Shown in pieces: positions 27,403-40,528 of a DNA stretch of 64,000 bases (position 1 is its first letter; each line of letters begins with the position of its first letter). The notes beneath the pieces are model-generated. The model did no database searches. It saw nothing but the letters and a program-made list of their open reading frames with translations, and was not told the origin of the DNA. Position numbers and translations under genes: made by a program. The stretch comes from Octopus sinensis (taxonomy: Eukaryota): contig NC_043021.1 in NCBI RefSeq assembly GCF_006345805.1, positions 22,630,001-22,694,000 of the forward strand, given 5' to 3'.

Positions 27403-27627
27403 TCACTACGTACTTCAAATGTCAGTAAATGCGATTAAGGTTGTCAGATGACCTACATGGCTAGAAATAACAGCTAAATTACTCTCGTACTGTAATTAAA
27501 GAATATAATAGCATACATATATGTGCACATATTTATGTGCTCTAAATACAACATGAGATATGTGTGGCTATTATTTCTAGCAATATAGGTGTTCTATCAC
27601 TCTTACTCACATTTACATACATTTGGA

Positions 27628-27657
<30 letters not shown>

Positions 27658-27659
<2 letters not shown>

Positions 27660-28320
27660 TTCAACAATTGAGGGTAAAATTAATTAATTATTAATCAGTT
27701 TCACCAAGTGTTCAGTATGTAAAGGGACCATTATAGGCGAATTCAAAATATTACATTATATATAAGGGCTTAGTAAAATAAATTACTTTGCCACATACTG
27801 AACTCATTAGAAATAGCAGCTAAAGAATTTCTTCAGCTATTTCTAATACTTAAAGAAGATCTCTCTCAGATAGTGTTTGCCTAAACTAACTCACAAAAGT
27901 ATGGGGGAAAAAACATTAAAAAATCAAGTGCAAAGGTTATTTGAGAACGTACGTTTCTAGATTAGTCAATTCGACATTTCTTTCTTCAGCTCAGAATTCC
28001 TTGAATCGGATTTGGGAACACTTAAAGTCGGGAGCATACCCTTTCGGCTTCTAATCACCTATAGAATTCTGCTCGAACTAAAAGTGCTATCAAATTCGAA
28101 TATGCAAGCGAAGAATTTCTGCTCTCCCCTTTCCACCAGCGTGGGTTAAAATTGACAAACACCAAGTATTAACAGTGAAGACCGCAGAATTTAGCTAAGA
28201 GAGATGAATTATAATTTCAACAATTGAGGGTAAAATTAATTAATTATTAATCAGTTTCACCAAGTGTTCAGTATGTAAAGGGACCATTATAGGCGAATTC
28301 AAAATATTACATTATATATA
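27658..28320 (-). mobile_element. Partial-tandem non-coding Penelope-like/retrozyme element: 556-nt monomer plus identical 107-nt repeat, inserted in (TA)n
   Basis: 27658-27764 equals 28214-28320; TA runs on both sides; internal hammerhead fold. Confidence 0.8.
27942..27993 (-). ncRNA. Minimal type I hammerhead ribozyme
   Basis: TGAG CTGAAGA aAGAaatGTC-gaatt-GACtaaTCTa GAA ACGTACGT T CTCA. Canonical core and palindromic stem III; stem II imperfect. Confidence 0.7.
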
Positions 28321-28344
28321 TATATATATATATCGAGGCATAAT

Positions 28345-28565
28345 CCAGTCAGGTTGATTGGGCAGGCACTGTACGTAACAGTCCGGTGTAGGCATCGTAC
28401 AGCATGCACCCGAGTCGCTTCGTGTCAGAGATCCATAGAGAAGAACAGATTCAACAACTGTTATGAAGAACTGTCTCTTCAATTTTAGTGGTAGGGTTGG
28501 TTTCAGTATTGTCCATATTGTTTTAAGATTGTCTATAGCTGCCCAAGCCTTAGCAACGCGTGGTA
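28345..28565 (-). mobile_element. RTE/RTEX-type LINE ORF2 fragment
   Basis: Minus strand RVAKAWAAIDNLKTIW...LPLKLKRQFFITVVESVLLYGS...YDAYTGLLRTV matches the post-RT RxxKAW...ESVLLYGSE..YTRxLR motif. Confidence 0.85.
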
Positions 28566-29463
28566 TATCTTTCTATGTAATATATGTTCTCACTGCGTGT
28601 CCTCTAAGATCGCAGCCCACGAAGGTGACTTTTTACTTTCACCCTTCCAGAATCCATATCAATTTGCCCATCCATGTTCTTGAATAGACGGAATTGCGGA
28701 GTGTCTGATGAGTTGCGATGTTATGGCGTTGTCCGCACTGGACCTTTAGAATTTCACCGCAATACCTGCGATGATTCTGCTGTCCAGAAGCGTTAGTCAT
28801 TAAGATAAGTTATTGTATGTTGTAGGCAAGCGAGAGCCTGCGCACAAAGGACCCAAATCATGGCTCCCTTTGTGAGACAGGAATACTAGAGACCCCTTAA
28901 AATGGAATAAATGACGGATCTGTAGCATGAAATATACTTCTACATCCCATCTGTTTAATCAGAGCCTGCCTAGGCTAAACGAATGCAGCATTAAGAAAAA
29001 AAAACGTTTGAAAAGAGATTTCTCGAGTAAAGACATCATGTATTAATGTATTAGTTACCTTAGTTTTGCAGATGCTGTTGGAGGAGAACGGAAGGTGGTG
29101 TTATCGTTACACATTCGTAACAAAAATGAATTTTTAAAAAACCATGATTAGTAGAGAAGCTATCACAATTTCCATCACCATCATGTTCGTTGTCGCCGTA
29201 CTCATCAGCACCAACGCCTGCGTCATCGCTAGCGTGATCGCCATCAGCATGGTTGCTATTCAAAAAGAACTTGAATGCAGTAAATAGGTTTCCGGATGGC
29301 GAGCTGAATTCAATAGAATGATCTGTTTCATCTCAAACTATTGCAAAATTCGGACGGTGTAAGTCTGATTGAAATAAATAGATTGTACACAAATAAATAA
29401 ATAAATAAATAAACCCAAACATACAAACACACACACCGGGAACGTGTACGTACACATAAGTGC

Positions 29464-29587
<124 letters not shown>

Positions 29588-30234
29588 CATATTTATACAT
29601 ATGTATAGTACGTAATATCAAAAATAATATTCATGCTGGGTGTACACACACACACACACACACACACATGCATACATACATATATAACTATGTATTATGT
29701 TGAATTCTGCTTATGCGATTGTGAGTGGAGAAAAATACCGTGCCCATTATTATTGAGATATAGTTATATTTTAGGAGATGTCTGAAAGATAAGCTAAATA
29801 CGAAGACAAGTTTTATGAGAAATATTGTTGAAGATGTTTGAGCTATCATTTAACCCCGGGTCAATCCAGATTCAACAGGTCTGTGATCAAAGATATTCCG
29901 TTTTATTTATGCTGTCGTTTATTCGGTTTGTCTAGGGGTACATTTTATTTGTATGTCTCTCGTGTTTTAAAATTGCAGAGATGTAATATCAGGGAAATAT
30001 TGATGTTATTTCTATTACGTGGTATGACTGCACAAAGGGACGCTTTTCTGAATAATTGGAGATCTTTCAAAAACGGCAGGAAAATCAGACAAACTCACTG
30101 CAAGATATAACTAAAATGCGAAATGTATACCCGTCTTTCACTGAAAATAATTATAATTTCATCACATGGACAGCATTTCTGAGGGAAGGGGAAATGTCTA
30201 TTACTCGTGCAGATGGGAGTTCTTCACTTGTACA

Positions 30235-30562
30235 TATTTTATCGAGTATGTAATCTTGAATTTCAAAGTATTCAGAATATAAGGAGAGAAAAGAAACGCA
30301 GGTAAGCATTTAGCTTTATGCGTTACCAATTCTGCCATTTCATGCCCTTCCCCACGGTTAATAATAATAATAATAATAATAGTTTCAAATTTTGGCTTGA
30401 GGCCAGCAAGTTCGGTTGTGTGGCTAAGTCGATTACATTGACCCCAATGTTTCACTGGTACTTATATTATCGGGCACCGAAAGCACATAAAGCAAAGTCG
30501 ACCTCGGTGGAATTTGAACTTTAAAGGCGAAGACACCGTCAGTAGCAATTATTTCGTTCGCA
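30235..30562 (-). mobile_element. Family B SINE fragments; the copy at 30380-30562 is interrupted by a family A insertion and resumes at about 30975-31015
   Basis: gcaaagtcgacctcggtggaatttgaact is present; head remnant lies after 30975. Confidence 0.7.
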
Positions 30563-30569
30563 ATGAATA

Positions 30570-30973
30570 GGCGCAGGAGTGGCTGTGTGGTAGGTAGCTT
30601 GTTAACCAACCACATGGTTCCGGGTTCAGTCCCACTGCGTGGCACCTTGGCTAAGTGTCTTCTACTTTAGCCTCGGGCCGACCAAAGCCTTTTGAGTGGA
30701 TTTGGTAGACGGAAACTGAAAGAAGCCCGTCGTATATATGTATATATATATATGTATGTGTGTGTCTGTGTTTGTCCCCCTAGCATTGCTTGACAACCGA
30801 TGCTGGTGTGTTTACGTCCCCGTTACTTAGCGGTTCGGCAAAAGAGACAGATAGAATAAGTACTGGGCTTACAAAAGAATAAGTCCCGGGGTCGAGTTGC
30901 TCGATTAAAGGCTGTGCTCCAGCATGGCCGCAGTCAAATGACTGAAACAAGTAAAAGAATAAAGAATAAAAGA
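30570..30973 (+). mobile_element. SINE family A, full length and young
   Basis: Complete head, core and tail; possible short target-site duplication aatgaat. Confidence 0.95.
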
Positions 30974-31149
30974 ATGAATCAGCTGCAAATTTGTAGCTTC
31001 TACAGCTTGTCAACAAATGTCTGTCAGTAATCAAACTATTCTACCCGCGCAACTGAAATTGTTGATGATTTTGTAAAGTTCTATTAAACTATCGATCGAT
31101 CGAACTTGTGTCAACATATTATGTACCATACGAAAGATATGAATCAATT

Positions 31150-32820
31150 TTTAAAAAAATCAATATATTCGCCTATATCGAACTTCCGCCAACATGAGCA
31201 TCCGTTGTTCACTCCTATGTGCATCGGTTAATTGTAGGAAGTGCAGCGTTTTACTCTGGTAATGTTATAACTCATTCCAGTCTTGTGTTTCCGCATGTGT
31301 GTTATTTTGTAAACCTAACACAGTCTTTATCAAGCTAGCAGCAACCATCCCATCTCGTTTCTAATTTTCGACACATACATAAAACCACGCAAACCAAAGC
31401 ACCGTATTTTCTTCAAAATTTTCTTTTAGGCTGAAGACTATGGCGTATGAATAGCTAGTATACGGACACTATTGTTCGGTGAAGGATACGGTCATGGATG
31501 ATTGGTGACGGTTACAGATACGGTTCATCGGTGAAGATTACAAGAAAGTCTAGAGGGTCATGTAGAGTTATGATATATCATATAAATCGGCATTTAACAT
31601 TTTGACAGATTTTAGATTTTATTAGTAATATGGAAAATAATACTTTTTATTGCGGTGGGAGAATGATGAAGCTAATTGTATCCAATTGTATTTTGTCAGT
31701 CTGCGTATAAAGGAGAATAATTGGTGGTACTTGTAGAATACGTTGCTAAGCAGTGTTCAATGTAGAGATAGAAGAAAGGGAGATTTATTGTGAACGTGAG
31801 AAAAGCACGTCTTTTCAAAAGATTGAGAGTACTATAGACTCCAGGCTAAATGGAGGGTACCTTGTCGTGTTGTGAGCTCTGAAGTATATGGTACTTCAAA
31901 GATGTGCTATGAAAAGAGGGTGCACAGTATATAGGACATGGAGAAATAGAACACAATGTAGAGTTTGTTCGCATGAAGAATTTGGTGTCCTTTGTGGATA
32001 ATCTGGAGTTACTAATTTTATATGATTTGCATTATTCAACGCTCGGAGAAGCAGTCGGTCTTTGTATGAATAGGAGGAATGAGCGCAGAATGTAGGAGTC
32101 GGCTTGGTGCAGGAGGAGAACATCGTAAAGCTGGGTGGAGGGAGAAGATTCCAGGAGTGGATTAAGGGCAGATTGCAGTTGTGGCGGAATAAAGATGCGC
32201 ATTTCGTAGTGCTTAGGAAACTTAGGGCCTATCGCAGGGCTTGGAAAACTGGGCGCATTGTAGGGCTGTTGAAAGGGGGCACACTGTGTAGACCTGGGAG
32301 AAAGGGTTGGGTAAACGAAGTCAGTATTGTAAAACTGAGAGAAGTGGGTGTCCATCAAAAACATGGGGAAAATATGATAATAAACTGGTCAACTAGCATT
32401 TGGCACTAGTTTTTAATGCATGTAGACTATGAAAGCAACATTCCAGTAACGAAATTATTATAGAAGCTAAAAGTTTGCCATCGCTTGTCTCAGCAAAAGA
32501 CAGATATATTGGCTTACGTGTACATCATTCTTCTGTACAGATTGTACAAAGTAATTTGGAAACAAATTTGTGCTGTCTTGCTAAGAGTATGTGAGACTAT
32601 TGTTTGTATTTATTTTATTGATGTTTGAGGTTGTCATGGCGTTGTTAGGAAGAATATTGATTATATATGTAACGATCTTTTATTGGTTTCTCGTGGCATG
32701 TAGGTTCTTAAAATTCCCATTGCATGTTTTGTTTAAGAGTAGTCGTTTAATTACTTGATACTGAGATTGGTATTTTTCTATTGTACGTCATATTGGTCTG
32801 TTACTTCAGTTTGTATGTTA
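31150..32820 (-). mobile_element. Heavily decayed non-LTR retrotransposon ORF2
   Basis: Strand-skewed composition. Minus strand HIFEVPY...TTRQG at about 31860-31910 and an LL-YAD-like stretch at about 31695-31715, in the spacing of the RT QG and YADD motifs. Confidence 0.4.
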
Positions 32821-33645
32821 TTTTTGTCTTTCCTTCAATGATATACTTTTTTTCAGGAAGCGTTTTCGAGAAACATTTTTTTTTTTTTTATCTCAGTTAC
32901 TACTGTAATTTTGTCAACCATTTCAGAATCTGGTAATTCTTGATTGATTTCTTCTATAGTAATCGAAGAATTTCCAGAAATATTTTCGAGTTTAACGAAA
33001 GTGAATACATTTGAACGACTAATGAGTTTGTTAATGAGTTATACGTCATAAGAGTGTGTACCAGTTGGTGCTATGCAAAATATACTCAACGGCATTCTGT
33101 CCGCTATTAATTTCTGAATTACAATGTTGCCGAGGTCGACTGCACCTTTCATCCGTTCGAGGTCAATAAAATATGAACTTGTTGGAAACCGGAATCGATG
33201 TAATCGAATATCCAAATCCCAACCGAAATTACTGACTGAAATTTGAAATCATCATCATCGTCCTCATCATAATCATCAACATCCTCATTATTAGTATTTT
33301 GATTTGGCTTAGATATGGTCTTATTCCTCGTAGGATTTAATGGGTAGCGTGTCACTACCTGTAACTTTAAGTATCAAAAAGTTTCCAGTAGTCTTTCAGG
33401 TGCTTAGAGCCCTCCTGATAATCCTTGTTTTCCCTAAGAGAGAAACGTTCTCTAGGAGTTCTACCGGGCATTCTCTTCCAATTTACTTCCGCCATTTGTC
33501 TATATCTCTGCTCACTGTTCCTAACGCACTAATTATTATAGACACGACCTTTACCGACCGCATGCACCACATTCTTCCTATTTCAAATTTTAAGGGATTG
33601 TATATATATTTTTTCCTCTTTCTTAACGATCCTGGAATCAAACAG

Positions 33646-33870
33646 GCAGGATGAATCGATCGACCGAATCGTTAGCAAGTCGGGCAAACTGCTTAGCGGC
33701 ATTTTGTCGGTCCTTACGTCTTGAGTTCAAATGTCGCCACAGTTCCCTTTGCCTTTCATCCTTCAGGGGTCGATAACATAAATACCAGTTGAGTACTGTG
33801 AGTGCTCTAATGGACTAATCCCTTTCCCTTGAATTCCGGGCCTTGTGATTATAATAGAAAAGGTTATTAT
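33646..33870 (+). mobile_element. SINE family B copy
   Basis: gaatcgttagc...gagttcaaat...tttgcctttcatccttcaggggtcgataa...accagttg. Confidence 0.85.
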
Positions 33871-34078
33871 AAGTGATCACAGTTCATTTGTGATGTAACA
33901 CACCGAATATACTCGTGTAAAAGTTGAATTCTTTAGACCATTTATGAGATCGACTATTCCATGAAAATTACTTTTGAGCGGCTGAAATTCAAACTAGAAT
34001 CCGAAGTATCGTATCAAGAGCAGAAGCCCATCTGATCTTTAAGCGAATGAAAAAAATACGAAGAATTTCAGTAAAAGT

Positions 34079-34283
34079 CCTTTCTACTGTAGGTACAAGG
34101 CCTGAAATTTCGGAGGAGGGCGGGGCAGTCAATTAGATCGACTCCAGTGCGCAACTGGTACTTAATTTATCGAACCAGAAAGAATGAAAGACAAAGTCGA
34201 CCGCGGCGGAACTTGAACTCAGACAGGCGAAATACCGCTAAGCGTTTTGTCCAGCATGCTAACGATTCTGCCAGCTCACCGCC
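34079..34283 (-). mobile_element. SINE family B copy
   Basis: aactggtacttaatttatcga...aaagtcgaccgcggcggaacttgaactcaga...gccagctcaccgcc. Confidence 0.88.
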
Positions 34284-35594
34284 ATTTGCATTACTCTTGG
34301 CATGAAAGAATTCTCCATTTTCTTCATTTCCTTTTTCTCCATTTCTAAGGCCCAGCCTTCCGATCAGATAGTTGGTTGGCCTGCTCGCCTATCCAACGGG
34401 GTGGCATCACTCACCAGTTAAATCTATGCAAAGTACATTGTTGCCAGCGATGTATAACATCCGATTGTCTGGTTATTCCCATCTACATACATTTACAAAC
34501 ATATCCTTCATTTGTTGACATCTTGGGAAGAATGCGATGTGAATTTGATTTGGCTGTACATTCTAAGATGTCCACATACATGATATAGCGAAGCATCATA
34601 AATATTTTAACGCAAAATTCTTAGTTTTAAAATGGAATAGTTTCTACTTGTTATTGAGAAAAGCCATTCGCAGACGACTACAAAACGTTTCAAATAGATT
34701 TGGCTTCATTTTTAAATTCAGTCACCGGATTTATGTCTGATCTTTCATTGCACCATTCACTGGTTTTGCATTGATAATCTCAGCAAGAAATATCATATCT
34801 CATTCAGAAATATTTATCATTTCTCTCTTTCTAATTATCGTTCACTCTCCTATCTCATTCACGCCATCTCTCTCTCTCACCACCTTCCATATATGTAGAT
34901 AATCGAATGGGCAAGTTGTAGCTAGGTTTGCTTCTTTTTTTTTATTATTATCGCCCAAATACTTTAAGGTCACAGTACTAAAGGTTATTGGAAGGTCGCA
35001 AGCATTATCAATTACTTGATGGTCAGTTGAATGTTAACACTATGTCACTCTGTCGGTTCGAATTAAGATAGTATTCAGTTTCGACAATACTTCAACTGCT
35101 TTCTTGAACCACTAAGAAGACTGGCAGTACATCGAGAAAACAGAGGGACGGTAGAAAGAGAGATATAGAAAGAGAGAGGAAGAAAGAAAAAGATTGTAGG
35201 AAAGCGTGAGTAATGGAGGGAGAGATTTCTGAAATTTGACTACAGCTTCCTTACAGCTATGATTGACATACACTTCTAGACGTACATGTGCATAGAAAGC
35301 TTACATACTCACATACAAACGTGTGTATATTCATGTACAGAAGCAGACAAATAAATATATATATACATATTTTTGTCTATTTACATGGGTATGTAATATA
35401 CATTTCTACACATACTGACTTGTATACATGTACTTGTGTGTAACTGAATATATATATAAAGCGAGTGTTTCCATGTGATTGTGCTTTCACGTGTCTATCT
35501 ATATATAGACTTTTGTAGCCATGTGCACATATATGTCATCGTACATATCTCTGAATATACCCTTTGTCAAAATGAATTTATATAAATGTATACA

Positions 35595-35633
<39 letters not shown>

Positions 35634-37053
35634 GTATATATATATATATATATACACGTATATATATATATATATATATACATATACACACACTATATAT
35701 ATATATACATATACACACACATATATATATATATGATTGTGTTTGTGAAATGGTGTGTTTATGTGTATGTGGGTTTGAGAAGATGAGTGTGTATAAGTGG
35801 AAGATTGACGTTTGTAGCATCCCGAAAAAAGAACTGAATTGACCAATTTCCCTGCGGATAATATTCTATTGTCATCGCCTCAATCCTTCCGCTGATAGGA
35901 GATCAATAATATTTCATAAAAGAAATCCCTCCGGATTTCCATTTCTATACCAACTTATACAATTTGAACTTAGAATTAATAATCAGATTTTTCTTATTTT
36001 TTCTCCTGTATTTTTTCCCTATCAATATTTTATTTCCAGTACTCTGCTGTTAATGTTTTGATATTTTTCTCGTTATAGATTCTTCTTATTAAATTCTCTT
36101 GAAATTTTCTAATATAACTTTTTTTAATATTTATTTTTTTGCCACGAATGTTTTTGGAATTTCCAAAGCATAAATAAAACGTTGTGTAATAAACTAAAGG
36201 CTGTATCTCATTTTTCTTTAGTTCCATAACGCGAATTTTTATTTTCTATAATTAAAATTTTGTCCACCGCTAACCTTAATTTTGGAGTTGATAAATGAAT
36301 AACAGGCAAACTATGCGGGGTCGAAATACACAACTAAATCTCTTGTGTTGACACATGGCTATTACAGCACCACTGCTAATACTGGATTCTATGTGAATGG
36401 CTATGAACGATTACTAAGGATAGATGGATTTATGCCAAATGATTTAATCAATAGTTTATTTTATGACGTGACCAATGCTCAAGAGAAAACACTTTTTAAG
36501 CTGAAGGTGAGTGGAGTTCAGACATTAATCCAAGACTGACAAATATTTTACTTCTCGTATAGAACCAAAGCTCTTTGGAATTAATAGAGTAAGCCAAGCA
36601 GTATCATTGGATTACAATTATATCTATCAGCAAAAACAGGGAAATAAACCCCAAACTCTTGATTTAAGTTAAGGAAGAAGAGACCTCGTGACATATTTCC
36701 CCATTATTAATCTTCCTCGGCGAATTATTGACATTCTTCTAGAGCGGATTCTATGCAAATGCTTCGCAACTTAAATTACTTATTTCTCGAATCTTCAGTA
36801 TTCTTCGATGCGGATTGAGGAGGCTGAACCAATTTTTTTTTATCCTGCTTCAGTCCACTGATAAAAGAATATTCACAAGTTTGTCTGAAATGTTCCAAAC
36901 AGGAATGATCGTATGTTGATGGTGTTCTCTATTTTTCCAGTGCTGTGTTCCCATTAAAAAGTACGGTAATATCGATTCTATAACTTACAATTTCGGTTTT
37001 ACATGAATGAGGGTATTTGGCAATAAAGTAACATTTCAAGCTCTATTTTTCAG

Positions 37054-37194
37054 ACTTCCAGTCATGCTCCGTCTCTGCGAGATACTTCCACCGTCACCAT
37101 TACGAACCGTCACTCATGATGGAACTCCGAAGACTAGATAATTGTACGCAAGACACGACTCAGAAAATCGAGCGATATTATGAAACAGTCTGAG
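37054..37194 (+). CDS. Candidate 141-nt exon encoding a C-terminus (x)FQSCSVSARYFHRHHYEPSLMMELRRLDNCTQDTTQKIERYYETV*; gene unidentified
   Basis: Acceptor tatttttcag, donor GAG/gtgagt, GC-richer than flanks, one frame open to TGA at 37191-37193, class I PDZ-like ETV end. Confidence 0.5.
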
Positions 37195-37445
37195 GTGAGT
37201 ATCCCTATTTATGTTAGTAATACGTCGCACATAAGAATGTTGGCTTGTGTGTATGTTTGAATGTGTTTCTGCGTGTGTTTGTGATATTTGTCAAAGATAT
37301 AAATATGCAAGTTTTAGGTTTAGAAAACAAATAATATCTGTCAAGCACTGATAGACCACTTTGTCCTGTTTGAAGAAGAATTATTGTTTTTAATACGGAT
37401 TGTTATTATTTTCGATATAGCAATTTTAAGAATTACATTTTCTGA

Positions 37446-37490
<45 letters not shown>

Positions 37491-37635
37491 AATATACAAA
37501 TGTAATAGACGCGGTAGGTTTTTTTTCCACCTTGCGCAACCAATTAATGTGTGTTCATTCATTCACTGCATGCACATGCACCAGTTCGTTTATAAATATA
37601 TATTCCTATGTAACTTATTTCGTTTCTCTGTGCAG

Positions 37636-37667
37636 ATCGCTCTGCTTCTACTAGACATTTTGTTTAA
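37636..37667 (+). CDS. Candidate downstream terminal exon (D)RSASTRHFV*, or start of a 3' UTR exon
   Basis: Acceptor taacttatttcgtttctctgtgcag, 441 nt after the 37194 donor; phase compatible. Confidence 0.35.
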
Positions 37668-37992
37668 ATATACGAGGCTACTTACATCATAACATGATTT
37701 TATACTTCTCTTTCATTTTTTATTGCGGGCCCGGCGTCACGTCGCCTACATATTGTATCATCGTGCAGTGTAAATACTTAATTACACGCATGAATACAAT
37801 GTCAAATTTAATTCAAGTGCAATTTGATATAACGAAAGAAGAAAAATTATATCTCCTCTTAAACAAGAATCTATTTCTATTGAAATCTTACCTTTTTCTT
37901 AATACAAATTCACAAATGCAAACACGTACAGTACCCGCACATTCACACAAACAATATGTGCGCCTCTGTATGTTTAAGCATATATATATATA

Positions 37993-38015
37993 TTGTTTAT
38001 TTTCGTGAACTTTCC

Positions 38016-38106
<91 letters not shown>

Positions 38107-38157
38107 TATTTTCGTGAACTTTCCCTTATATATATATATATATAATATATATATATT

Positions 38158-38210
<53 letters not shown>

Positions 38211-38231
38211 GTTTATTTTCGTGAACTTTCC

Positions 38232-38303
<72 letters not shown>

Positions 38304-38325
38304 TATTTTCGTGAACTTTCCCTTT
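37993..38325. repeat. Four identical 25-mers (tgtttattttcgtgaactttccctt) separated by (TA)n tracts
   Basis: Copies at about 37994, 38103, 38210 and 38300. Confidence 0.95.
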
Positions 38326-38782
38326 ATATATATATATATTATATATATATATATATATATATGCCAATGTGTGTGCGCACTTCTTTCCGTAGTGAATATA
38401 TATGCAGCACAAATGATTTCAGGGAGATCAAGGGAGGGTTCGAATAATATAAAGACATCGAAAAAGGCATACACACATACGAAAAGAAAGAATGATAAAG
38501 AGATGGGAGAGAAAATATGATATGCACTACGCAGTATGGTTTAAAGTAATGAATAAAGTATTGGCTAGACATAACCCATGCGTGATAAGCTGAGTTATTT
38601 AACTTAACAGACATCTGGAGCCAGATATTTAACTACTTTGCATATGATTGACTTCACTCTTCAGGAATTATTTTTTCCAAAGTCAGCTATAATAACGTAC
38701 AAAGAGCACGAAAACAACATCCATCATGTAACATACACATAGTTGAATAAGAATACATCCACACAGACACACACATTACATT

Positions 38783-38880
<98 letters not shown>

Positions 38881-39110
38881 CACATATAAAACTTCAAAGC
38901 TGAAACGCACATACAAAATATATGTATTTAAAATAAGAAAAAAGAAAATAGAAAAAAAACTAAACATTTTTCATACATCAAGTTGAAAGTCGCCATCGCA
39001 CGAAAAATCCAAACAACTCTTTTATAAAAATTAAACCAACAGACAAGCAGCCGTTAAAGAAACAGAAGAAAGCGATGCGAATTATATTCATACGTTTATG
39101 CCTATACACG

Positions 39111-39153
<43 letters not shown>

Positions 39154-39237
39154 GTGAATAAATTTTTGTATATATGTAGAGAGAGATAGTCGGATAGATA
39201 GATGTACATATATAAATATTCAGATATGTTTTATATA

Positions 39238-39279
<42 letters not shown>

Positions 39280-40408
39280 GAATAGACTTTCATTACACAT
39301 TCTCTCTATATATTACATATAAGAAGTACATATGAACGCGCGCACACATACACACACTAATATATATATATAAAATAATTTTTATATAAGTAATACACAT
39401 ATATATATATATATATTTTTATGCGCATATACATTAATGGTATTTTAGTATTTCATTGAAGCTAATTGAGATAGAGCAAAACAAAATATTGGGCTATCAA
39501 ATTCGGCTATAAAAATCCAAGTGTTAAGCAGATTAGTGCGTTTGTATGGATGTTACCACGCAATGGTTTGAATCAATTGTGAGCGATCTGTGCGTCTTGT
39601 CTAATAAAATTTCTTGACTACTAATCAATGAAGACACGATTCTTGATGGTATTCTTTCTCCAGATGAATATTGATAAACGTGAGGATGTATACATACATA
39701 CATTAATATGTGTGTGTGTGTGTGTATGTGTGTGCGTGTATGAGTGTGTATGCATGCGAAACACAGAGCCGTGCTTGTATGTATAATTTAATGTGTACAC
39801 CTACGTACTTTTTTTACATTTGTGTCCACATATAGAATTTGAAATAAACCTTTTATGTGTATTGTACGTAAAATTTAACACTACAAAACACACATACATT
39901 CACGCGCGCACACACACGCACATATATGTATATATATATATATATACACATATATATACACATATACAAAACCATGTGCATGCGGTCATTCTGGAGCCCC
40001 TTCGCCCTGGACACTGTCATGCACAGGTTTTTGCTGGACCAACCAGCAGGAGATTTCTGAAGAATCCTCAATCACTTGGGGATTCTCAAACTCGAATCTC
40101 AGATTTCGCTGTGCCGTCCCTCGGTAAGACTTATTGAACCCTGATCATGACTGAAAATGTGTGAAAATAATAATAACTTGTATAAAAAAAGGTCACACTT
40201 TGGTTCCATCCAGCGATTGACACTTGTACAAAGGCTTAAATTTAGTTAAACTAAGTTACGTGTCATGGATGAAAGAACATGTAAAACCTGAAAAACGGAG
40301 TGACTCTGCGAACCAAAACAGAGAGTAAGTATACCATAGGTTGAGAAACGGCCGTAATCTGATGAAAATTATGTTTAAATAAAAAAAATATATATTCAAC
40401 TCTAAGAC

Positions 40409-40442
<34 letters not shown>

Positions 40443-40492
40443 ATGTGTTCCTGTGTATGAGTGAGAGATAGTATACATACACACACTCACAC

Positions 40493-40528
<36 letters not shown>

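Noticed and set aside
29060-29290. Acidic or hydrophobic small ORFs
   Set aside because: Decayed (CAT/CAG/CGT)n trinucleotide repeat.
37993-38325. CRISPR array
   Set aside because: Spacers are TA microsatellite, there are no cas genes, and the context is eukaryotic.
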